Of a stretch of DNA of 64,000 bases, positions 48,823 through 60,800 are shown piece after piece. Position 1 is the first letter of the stretch. Each line of letters starts with the position of its first letter. The position numbers and the translations under genes were made by a program. Under the pieces are notes generated by a model. The model was not told where the DNA came from, ran no database searches, and saw only the letters and a list, made by a program, of their open reading frames with translations. The stretch comes from Bacteroidales bacterium UBA2800 (GTDB taxonomy: Bacteria; Bacteroidota; Bacteroidia; Bacteroidales; Paludibacteraceae). The stretch spans positions 14,942 to 78,941 of the forward strand of contig DEHM01000019.1 in the NCBI GenBank assembly GCA_002351925.1. Reading direction: 5' to 3'.

Positions 48823-51800
48823 TTACATAGTATTATTAGTAATGTTCGTGTGGGCGTGCGCATGTGCGTACGCGCAGACCAACGATACGATTCGTTATGT
48901 CCATCCGGATGGCTCTTATAGCAACAACGGACGCAGTTGGGCAACGGCGAAGAACCGCGTGCAGGACGCTATCAACGATCTGCACGAATATATGCTTACC
49001 TACGGCAAGACCTCCGGTTCCGTATATATCGCCGCCGGTACATATACGCCGACCGAATCGACCGAGTCGAGTGGTGGTTCGATGCTCAACACGTCCTTTA
49101 AGATCTACGCCGGTATCCATGTCTATGGTGGCTTCGACCCCGATGCTCCGGAGTCCCGTCCGGGCCTGCGTATCATGGCCAACGACAAGACCTGCGAGGA
49201 GAACTGGTCCGACCCTTCGGGTATCGGTACTACCTCCGGTACGGAGATTGCTTCACAGTGGGATTTGAAGCACAAGACTATCCTTACCGGAAACCACTCC
49301 GGTGCAGCCGTTTCCTTTGTGTTCGACTCCATCCGCGGACGATATACCACCACCTATCCGGCCAGCTCCTACCACGTAGTCTGGTTCGCTACCAATGGCA
49401 AATACGACACCTCAGACGATGCGCTCAAGGACCATTACAAGCCGCTGCAGTATCCGGCGTCGCTGGACGGATGTGTGATCTCCTCGGGTAATGCTTCCAG
49501 CCGTAGCACCACTATCCGCGAGCATACGGCCTACGGTGGCGGTGTGTATATGGTGGGCAATAGTTCGATGCGCGCCTGTATCGTGGAGCGCTGTAACGCT
49601 ACGCTGCGAGGCGGTGGTATCTACGCCGACGGCGGTGGTGACATCGAGTTCTGCTATATCCATACCTGTCAGTCGCCCGGTGTGGGTGTGGTACAAGGCT
49701 ACGGTGGCGGTGTGTGTATCGACCATGAGGGCTCTATCGGCCACAGCCAGATTTCCTGCTGTGCCGCTCGTTGCGGTGGTGGTCTGATGATTAGCCACGT
49801 CAGCGACGAATATCCGTGGACCGAACGTGTGGCTGCGGCTGTGCTCGGCGTCAACGACACTATCACCAGCAATTACTCGCCTCATACGACCGCATGCGTC
49901 ATCAATAATAATACCGCCAATGCCGAAGGCGGCGGTATCTATCTCGCCGAAGGCGGAACGGTCAACCATGCCACGGTCTGCGGCAACAACTGCTCCGGTC
50001 TGGACGTCACCTACTACGGTCGTCGTCACGGTCGTACGGGCGGTATCTATGTCCGCAACTGCGGTATGATGTTCAACTCCGTCTTCTGGGGCAACCGTTG
50101 CGATGCGAACAACGATATCCAGTTCGCTTCCGTGCGTCAGAAGACTGGTGCAGCCGCTGCGGGCTTTGAGATCTTCGCCTACCATACCGCCTTCATGAAC
50201 CACGATATCTCCGACTGGACCGGCGTGACCAAAGAGGCGGTGTACTCGCTCGATCATAGTAATATGCCGACGCAGAGTTCCAGTGCCAACCACCCCTGTT
50301 TCTTCCATCCGACGGTAGACCCCAATAACTGGGACAGCGTGAACACGACGGTAGGTATCTACGGCGCGGGTGTGCTGATGCATATGCGCCCTGTGGACTA
50401 TCCCGGTCCGCGTATCTGGCACTTGACCTCCTATTCCGGCTTGGACCAAAAGGGCGTGCAGTGGAACGAAGCTGTACAAGGTGCTTCCCCGTGGCTGATT
50501 CATGCGCATACGGACTATGGCGTCGTATCTAACCCGTACGAACCGGTATCAACGCTCGGTGCCTTGGTGCGTAAACCCGATCAGTTGAGGTATGAACTTG
50601 TCATTCCTCAATCCAAGGAATACGACAGAAACCCGGCGCCCATCCCGACGCTGTTCGTGGATCCGAATAGGAAGGGCAGCTATGATGAGAATGGTAATTT
50701 CGATCCGCAAGATCACGAAGGTGACTCATGGGACGCACCTATCAAGGACCTTGGTGAGGCCATCTCCTTCTTCCGCCAGTATCTGGTAGCCGATGAGGAT
50801 AACCGTGAGAACCACCACTATATGATTCCGGCCTTGGACGAAGACGGTAGGCCTACCGGTGAACCGACACGCTATGACTACGTCCAAATCCTCGTCAAAG
50901 AAGGTACGCTGACCACGGTGGGACCGGGTAACTACCTCGACCGTAATATCCGTACGGCGGCTGTTCGTATAGAGAGTCATATGCGTATGTACGGCGGATA
51001 TCCCTCTACGCTGACCGGTACGAATACCGAGGGACGTAACCCGCGTGAATACAAGTCCATCATCACGGCGAACATCACTGGAAACACGGGAGATGCGGGA
51101 TACCGCAATAACTCGGCGCACGTTATTGCGATGGTCAATGCCGAACATGCAATCGTGGATGGTTTCACGCTCTCCGATGCCAATACGCATAATGTCTATC
51201 TGTCTAATTCGGCCAAAGCTGGTGGCGGTCTGCTGCTCAATAACGCTTCTATCCCTCAAGCAGAGCGTATCGACATGACCGGTAACCAGTTGCGTAATAG
51301 CGTCATCAACAACTGTACCTCGCCCAAAGGTGCGGCCGTCTATGTGAATGGAGAGTGGGAGAGATGGGACGGAGAGATCTGTTATGCTGAGTTGATGCTC
51401 GTCAACTGCGTGGTACGCAATAATACCGCGGACTATTCGCTAGAAGAAGGAGATTATGTCAACGACCACGGTATCATCACCGCAAACGGTCGTGCCTACG
51501 TCCATGTGGAGCACTGTACCGTCGTCAACAACGTGGGCTTTCCTTTCAAGGCCGAGAGTAAAGATACTGAAACCGACGAACCGATTCAATGTCATCATTC
51601 CGAGCATGGATTCCAGACGCCTTACCACGGGTATATCCGTGTGGATAACTCGATCATATTCTGTAACTCCGACCGCTCCGTGGAGGACCATTCTAACCTC
51701 GGTGAAGTGGCAAACGTGCTGTCGGTAAACCCGGACGGACAGGATCATGTGTTCGGTAAATACAATATGTTCGATGCCGATATCGTGCTGCATAAAAGCG

Positions 51801-54800
51801 ATGTACACAAGCCGAGCGGTTTCTTCCAGGAAGACTATCATGTGCCTATCCCCGGCGATTTCCTCCCGGATGGTATCAGTTCACACTTCACAGATGATAT
51901 AGCGGCAATCCCTTCCGATAGTGCGGCGCGCGATAACAAATGTTTCTTGACGCGTACCGATATGAACGCTGCTACCTATCCGACTTTCGTCAACCCTTCG
52001 CGTAACGTAGGCCATTCTACGAGTGGTGATAAAGCCCTGTATGGCGGTAATGTAGCCTATACGCCGATGACCACCAACCCTGTCGTCAATGCTGCCGGAC
52101 GCGATGAATACACGACCTATTATGACTATGACCGCTCGGATGTAACAAAACGTGATCGAGGTGGCGCACCGGATGTGGGAGCTATCGAGAATACTGATCT
52201 GCCCGAAGCCGGTTCCGTCATTTATGTCACCCCGGAGGGCGCAGGCAAACGCGATGGTTCGTCGTGGTCTAATGCCATCGCCGGAAATACGGTGTATGTG
52301 CTGGATAGTATAGCCGGTCCTGCTCTGGCTACCGGCGATCAGATAGATGCGGAACCTACCTGCAACCGCGTGCTTGATAGCGAAGGCAATCCGATTCACA
52401 CTACCAACGAGAAATACAACGGAGGTTGGGGTAGAGTGTGGTTTACTGAGAAAAAGACAGGTGCTACATCTACCACTACCGTCACCAAGACATGGACAAC
52501 AGAGAAGAACGTATATGACAATGGAACCAGAGCAGGCGAAGAGGAGTCTATACAAGATAATGTCTATTCCGAGAGTACGAATACGATAAGCACATCAGGA
52601 AGTGCACAAGAAGGTTTTGTAGCCGGCTACGATTACGATCCGCGCTATCCGTATGGTGAGATATCCGGTGCTTCGCGTACCTTCTGGCGCGCGAATCCCT
52701 ATCCGGGGAATGCCAGCTCCTATAACATAAATTCGTTTACGGCCGGTTGTAAAGCAAATGGTTGGATTAACAATACCCGCGCGGAGCGCTATGTCGGCGG
52801 TTTGCAGTATGCGGTAGAGAAGGCTTCTGCGCGCAACAAAGCCAACAAGGATTCTGTCCAGGTATGGGTGGGAGCCGGTCAGTATACCGATTATAAGGGT
52901 TTCATCATGCGCGATAGCGTATCCGTCTACGGTGGCTTCCCAGTACGTAAGTATCCGGCTCCTGGTATGGCGGAACGTCAGGCCTTGATGTCCGACCCGG
53001 ACGTAGTAAGTATTCCTAAATCGAAGCCGGCCAAAGACTTCGATGCCACAGACTATGAGACGATACTACAGATTTCGGATGTGAATCCGAAGGGCACTAA
53101 TACGGCTTTGAATACCGATGCAGTAAAGTATTGGGACGATGACTATTCTTACTCAGAAGCAACACAAACAACTCAGTACGAATACAAAAGCCGCACGATT
53201 GTACATCACTACGAATATAACGAAGTGGAACAAGTGGGTGAGGATGTGCAGGATACGTACATGCAGTATGCCAATATGACGAAAAGCGGCGGCACTAATG
53301 TAGTAACCACTAAATCTACCTCTTATTCCGGAGACAATAGTACTGTTTTTGTTACCTTTGGTACTGAAGGCGACTTGGATTGTTGGCATGTGTCGTACCC
53401 TAATAAAGAGAATTTTGTCGTCTATGTAGAAACGAATAGTAACGCCACCGGCAAGACGAGAGATATATATAATCCATCGAACAACCAGAAAATACCTGCC
53501 CCCAATACCTATTCGGGGAACTGGATATTCTTAGGTAATGGCTCCATGGCGGGCTTGAATCTATGGCAGGAGATGCGCAATATGCCTGCTGGCCAATATC
53601 GAATGTCTTTTGATTTAGGTGGAGAATATAAGAATAAGATTTTTGCTAATGATCCTCTCAATATTTTCGTATGTGTGGTAGATGGGAATGGGGAGGGCAT
53701 TTCTGATACAATAAGTCTTAAATCTCGTACCAATAACAAAGATCAAAACCGTAATTCAGCCTATCGCTTTACAGTTGATTTTAATCTGCCTTCAGCGGGA
53801 AATGCGGTATTTAAGTTGTTTATAGGCGATGGAAACAAAAATACCAAAGCCAACAATCCCACGTACGGAACAGATACCGGTGTTGACCCTGACGAGATTC
53901 CATGTTTGTATGTTAATAAAGAAAATAAGAATGTTTGCCCGTCAAAAGAGGCAGATAAATGGGGCTCGTACAATCCGAATGCTCGTGAGTTCTGGCTCTC
54001 CAATATTCATATCAAACCGTTAATCCCTGCCGGGACATACGGACTCATAAGTACCGATGATAATACGGTAGAGAAGGGAGATGTTCCGCACGAAGATCCG
54101 GTGATTTCGGAAACAAAAATATATACGCCTCAAACTCATCGTACCACGCTGCGTAAGCGCGTATTGACCATGCCGGATGTGTGTGTGCCTACCTTCGGCG
54201 GCGGTGGTATCGGTGACCCTGTGACGATGGCGTATGCTTTCACGCAAGATGCTTTACCGCATACCGATCGTGTAAAAGGCCCGAGTAAAGATAAACGTAC
54301 AGCGGCTACATTGGCGAAACAAGAAGATCTGCATTATGTAGAATATAATGATGTTAACTGGGATGGTTTTACCATTCGTCACGGATTTTTGTATGACGAA
54401 TCGATGGCGCATGGCGGTGGTGCAGGTGTCAATATGTACGAAGGAGCTCACCTGCGCAACTGTATCGTCATTGACAATCTGTCAGCCTGCTCGCGTATAA
54501 AAGGTGGCGGTATATTCTGTGATGGCGCCACATCCACTATCGAAGGCTGTTTCGTGCTGAACAATGCATCTAAAGGTGGTACTCAAGTCTCCCAGCAACA
54601 GGTATTTGCTGGCGGTATGTTCATGTATGAGGGTACGTGTTTCAACTCCCTCTTTGCTAACAACTATAGTTACGGTTCAGCCGGTGGTCTGGGCTTCTGT
54701 GTAGGTCGATTCTTCAATAATACCATCGCTTATAATACCGCTACTTTGGTAGAAGCTGGAAGTAGCAGTATCAGCGGTGGTGCCATTTCGCTTGCTACGG

Positions 54801-57800
54801 CTTCCAACCCGAACCTCTTTGTGGCAAACACCATCATCTTTGGTAATAACGGTATAGCCATCCGTGACCGTAATACCGCAGTTGGCAATGTAAACCCCTT
54901 CCTCTATTGCTATATTCAGTCCGCAGCTTCACAGCCGTATAACGCGACCAAGCAAAATGTTACTAACTGGACCCCGTCCGCAACAGGCAACTACGGAATA
55001 GGAAATACCTTCCTCAATGGTGTTGCTCCTTCGGCAGAGAACACGCCTTTTGCCGCAGACTTTGACGAGGAAGGCAACTATGTAGCCGGTCGTGCGGCTT
55101 CGCTCAATGACTTCCGTCTCCGCGACGATGTGCCGTGTGTCAACAAGGGTACCGAGGAGTTCGCCGCTGAATTCTATACGGCTTTGATACATAAAGGCAA
55201 GACTGACAGCCAAATCCGAAACTCCTTCATCTATAAGAGTGTGGAGGCGGCAGTATTGCCGGATAATGATGTGGCGTTTGCACATCGTGTGCAGGACTGC
55301 CAGATTGATATGGGCGCATATGAGTACAATGCGGCGTATAATATCATGCCGGATACCACGACCCACCCGGGACACGCTATCTTCTATACTACCTATGTCG
55401 CGCCGGGTGGTGACGCGTCGGCTCGCTCGCCGGAAAATGCGGCTTGTATGCAGAAGTTGCAACTCGTGCTCGATGCCGCCGGACGATACAAGAACCGACT
55501 GATGACCGAGGCGCAGTACGACAAAGGCAATACGACCGACTTTGTGTCCCAAGATCCGAATAAGTACTGGACGGTAGAGGTATGGCTCGAGGGTAATAAC
55601 GAGGGTACAACAACTACCAATGAATATAAGGAAGGCTATGTCCCGACCCGCTCGACCCGCCATAGCGAAGCTACCTATCAGGACAATACGCTCGACTACT
55701 CCTTCATGGTGCCCCATGGCGTACACGTCATGGGTGGCTTCCAGGATAATTTCTACCATTATGAGGACGCCGCGGGCAACCGCTATACTGCTCCCGGCAA
55801 AGGCCGCTTTATCGTCGATGACCGCGACCCGCTGACCTTCCGCACCGTGCTCTCGGGTAACATCACGTCCTCTACCGGCGCGAAGGGTCAGACCTACCAC
55901 GTCGTCACTTTCGTCAACGACCTCTTCAGTCCGGACGACGAGAAAATCATCGGCGACGGCAACCAACTGGCTACCCTTACCAACGAGCGCGACCGTGCCG
56001 TCTTGGACGGTCTGTTCCTCATGGACGGTAAGGCCAATGCCCCCGATCCGGAAGGGCAGATAGGTGGCGCCTGCGTCGTGACCGACTACGCCCACGTGCG
56101 CAACTGCGTCATCCAGAACAACTCTGCCGACCTCTATGGCGGCGGTCTCTACCTCAAGCCCCGTGCCCTCGTCAGCGGTACCATCGTCAAATACAACACC
56201 GCCAACGTCGGTGGCGGTATCTATGTCGAGGCACCGGCAGTGAGCCCCAAGATGAACGACTCACTTGCCTATGTCTTCTATACCACCGTCTGCGAGAACA
56301 CAGCTCGTGCGTCTGCCGGCGGTCTGTTCTTCGCCAATACCTACGCGCGTATCAACTCCTCGGCTATCTGGCACAACAGCGCCAACGATAATGCCAACGT
56401 AGCGGGTAACTTCGCCCGCTCGGCAGATTCGATTCCTTACCCGCTCAACTGCTGCGCCGTAGAGTCGCGTCGTCTGGAGGGACAGGGCAATATCGAGCTC
56501 TCGCCGCGCGAGAAGGAGGGCGTGCGTTGGGATCGTCAGGATCCGTTTAACGCTATCCTCTATTACCCCATCGAGATGTCGTCCACCCTTGCACGTGCGG
56601 GTATCAGCTATTCGGAGTGGGACAATTTCTGTGCCACCTTCGCTACACTCGACTCCATCGATATCGCCGGTGTGAGCCGTAAGCGTTGGACATCCGATGG
56701 CTCCGAGCGTGGCTTCGCGTGGGGCAGCGATACGCTCGTCACCAAGAACAACGACGTCATCGATATCGGTGCGCGCGCGATCAACAAGGACTTCCAGGTC
56801 CATGTTGATACCAACCATGTGATGCACCGTATCTACGTGGTCCATACCGAGCTCATCGACTCCCGTGCCGCCCGTGCACTCCAGGATAACCCCTTGGACA
56901 ACGATGTCGCCAATATGTATCGCCAGTTGGGTTCGTGTATCTACAATCCCTTCCACCGTCTTAGCGATGCGTTCGAGTACGTCATCGCGGCGCGTATGGC
57001 GCAGCCGGATAAATACCGTAACACGCGTTTCGAGATATTCGTGGAGCAAGGTACCTACTATCCTTTCCGCGATGCATACCGCCGTCAGGGTGCCGTACGT
57101 ATGAATACCTTCCTCGTGCCGGAGGCGGTGCTTGTCGTCGGCGGTGTTGACTCTCGTCCTGCCGACCATAAGTATGGTCAGGAGGGCTTCAAGTCACCGT
57201 TCTCTACTGTCCATATGATTGGCGATGGTTCCGATGTGGCGATCGAAGGAACAACCGATCCGTCGACGGGCGAACCGTATAAGATCCATTTTGAGTATAC
57301 CGATTCAATCCGTCTGCGTGACGCGCGCCACCGTCCGATGCGTGACAACAACCTCAACTCCGTCATCGAACCGTGGGAACTCGAGCGACAGACCATCCTC
57401 TCGGGTAATGCCGTGGCCGGTGAAGACTTCACCCACGTCTACCACGTCATCACCTGTCATGCCGACAACCGTTACGTAGGTCCGCGCCCCATCAAGTATG
57501 GTGCTATCAATCCTACTTATGGCTATCCGGGACATGAGGATGAGCAGGTACTTACAGAACCTCTTCCGGATGATGTGCCCGAGCGTTGGGTAGAGGAGAA
57601 CGATCTGTCTATCCTGGCTCGTACCATCGGTTTCGACGGCCTGCAGATCACCGGTGGTTACGCCAACCATATCGACTCTACGGATGCCAAAGACGTGTTC
57701 GTAACCAAGACCTACTTCCGTGGTGGCGGTATCTTTGTCGATGGCAACTGGTGGGAAGGGGCAGAAGACACCCCGCCCGATATGACCCAACCGGCACAGA

Positions 57801-60800
57801 ACAATATCCCTATCGTGGTAGAGAACTGCTTCTTTACCAATAATATGGCTGGTAACGGTGGCGCTATCTACTCCAATGGCGGTATCTATGCCTACGGCAA
57901 CCGCTTCACGCAGAACTACTCGCAGGGCCCGATAACTAAGCTCGACCAGAACTATATCCCCTGGACAGCCGGTGGTTGTATCGCTACCAATGCCTTCTGC
58001 GGTGTGTCCAATAGCTTGTTCGACAACAACGAGGCGCGCCGTGGTCTCTATCCGCTCAAAGCCGTATCGGCCGATCCTATCCCCAATGCAGATGCACGTC
58101 AGGGATTCGGCGGATGTCTCTCTATTGCCGATAAGTCCACCACGCGCGTCGTCAACTGCCACTTTATGAAGAACAAAGCGGTGGCCTATTCCGCCATGTA
58201 TAACTTCTATCCCAACAACCGCTATGTGGGCGATGCAGATCATCCACGGTCCGACTCGATGCAGTATGCCTTCAATACCATCTTCTGGGGTAACGAGGTA
58301 TTCGAGGTGGATCACCTGACCGACTTAGAGCACGGTACGGAGGGCTGGGATGCAGAAGACGATGCCTTGCTCACGGCCTCGAGCGCCACCTTCGACACCA
58401 ACTACAAAGCGTCTCGCGCCGGTGTGTTCCACTACGACGGCGAAGAGTGGGATAAATACGAGAAACTCTTCCACGAGTACGACAGTATCTACAACTATTG
58501 GACCTCGTCCGACCGACCCTTGGGACAGCGAACACCGTTCCATCCTACCGCCTTGGCAAAACTTGCTGAACTGCGAGCGCAGGGAAATAAGATAGAGGGA
58601 CTCTATTTCTGCTCCTATCGTAAGACCTATGGTCCTACGGGTATGAAGCCGACTTCGGAGGGATACCTGCTCACACCGGAAGAACACGCTGCATGGAAAG
58701 ATCCGCGAAGCAGAACGGTGAAGACCAAGACCGATGCCAACAACGATAAGGTGGAAGACTATACCGACATGTGGACGCAGGTCAGCGGAAACAACAATAC
58801 GCTTATCAACCGTATCAATACCGCCACCGACGGACCTAACTTCCGACAACCGTCCTTCGTAGCCGGTATCGATGGCTATATGCAGAATGCCGACTGGCTT
58901 CAGGCCCGTATGAACCTCACTACCGACCAAGGCTGGGGATTCCTCAAACAGACCGTAGAACGCGGTATATCCTACTATATCACCCGTCATACGGGTACCA
59001 CGCAGTTCGATAATGCAGCCGATGCGTTAGAGGCGGCGCAGAAAGCACATCCGGGCGCCACCGCGGCCGACGTCTTCCCTGTCTACGGTCACCCCGTTGC
59101 TTCGTTCCGGCCGGCAATAGAGCAGACCGATACGGCCATGTACAACTTCCTGGCATGGCGCTACGGACGTATGATGTCCGAGTCCAACGCCCCGCTGCCG
59201 CTGGGCGACCAGTACTACATGAACTATACCCAATCGTCGAGCGACTCGGAGACAAGCGGAAACATGGACCGTATATCCAAACACCCGAAGATGGGCGAGA
59301 CCGAAGTCTATATCGACCTCGGTATATACGAATACCAGTACGTCCAACTCGATATCAAGGGACAGGAGATCGATACCGTCTGGGTAGCTACCAAAGCCAA
59401 AGATCCGCTCCACCAGGACGGTCTGACGTGGGAGACGCCTACTACCGATCTGCAGGCGGCTATCGACCTGCTCATGTCCTCCCACAACAACCACGATAAG
59501 TACGTCTGCTTCTTGGGCAACGAGGAAGGCGAGACCTTCTCGCCGCAGAACGTCATCGACAACCGTCGTGGCTATATCATCACCTCTTCGTCCCATTCGC
59601 CGCTGCTGCCCGATAGCGCCCAGACCGACTACGACTACGGCGTCAATAGTCTGAACTTCCTCGGCGGATATAGCTTCGATGTCAAGACCGCGAAGCGTGA
59701 CCCGCAGAGCCATCCCGTAGTCATCGAGATGCCTGATGTCGGCAATGAGAACCAGCGTAACCAGCTCTTTATCATCGAGGATATGACCCGACAGATGCTC
59801 CAGGCCAACTTCGTCGGCAAATATACCTCGCGCGACTCCGTCGTCATACCTATCGTCTTCGATGGTATCACCTTCATCAACCCGTACTCCACGAAAGACC
59901 CGGCACCGGAAGGAACGCTTAATAACCTCGGTGGTTCGATGAGCAAGAAGGGTGGTGCGGCTATCTACTATCGTTGGCAACGCCGCTACGAGGACGACGG
60001 TACCCATACCGGTACGCCTAATTTCCGCTTGGCGCTCCATCCCGACTCGGCCCTCATCGACGGACGTAAGGTCACGCTGCCTAAACTGACGATATCCAAC
60101 TGTATCTTCATGGATAACGGTAAGCGTACGACGAACCATGCCGAGCGTTCGCCGGCCGTACGTATTGACCATGGTGGCGGTTCCAGCCTTATCGTCAATA
60201 CCCTCTTCCATTCCAATGCGGGTGCGCCCGTCTATGCGCGTACCTATGATATTCTCGAACAAGAGAACGACCTGGCTGCCGTACCAAACGATGTCGTGAT
60301 GGTCAACGTGACGTCGGCCCTCAACGACGGACATATACGTCTCGAGTCGGAGAATAGCGAGGTGCACAACTCTCTCATCTGGATGGATGACCTCCATAAC
60401 GACACGACAATCCAGCTCCAAATGGGTGCTTCCGACCAATGGGATAAGACTACCAACAAGAATCGCGAAGGCATCGACGGACGAATGTCCTATAACGCCG
60501 TATGGGGATGCTTCCAGGTACCGGCATGGGGTGAAGAGAATAGTACCGGTGATCCGGTGGGCTTTAACCACCCGCTGTCTTCCGACAACAACGACGTTTA
60601 TAAGGGACCGGGCTTCCTGTCGCCGCACGTCACGGCTACTACTTCCGAGCAACGGCGCGAGCGCTCGTTCCGACTCAACCCCTCTATCCGTACCCACGAG
60701 AAAGCCAATCGGGAGATATACCTCAGCCGTGTCTTCTTCCGCGTTTATCCCGACACCTGCGCCGCAACCCACAATAAGTACTGGCGTCGCTCCAACGGAT

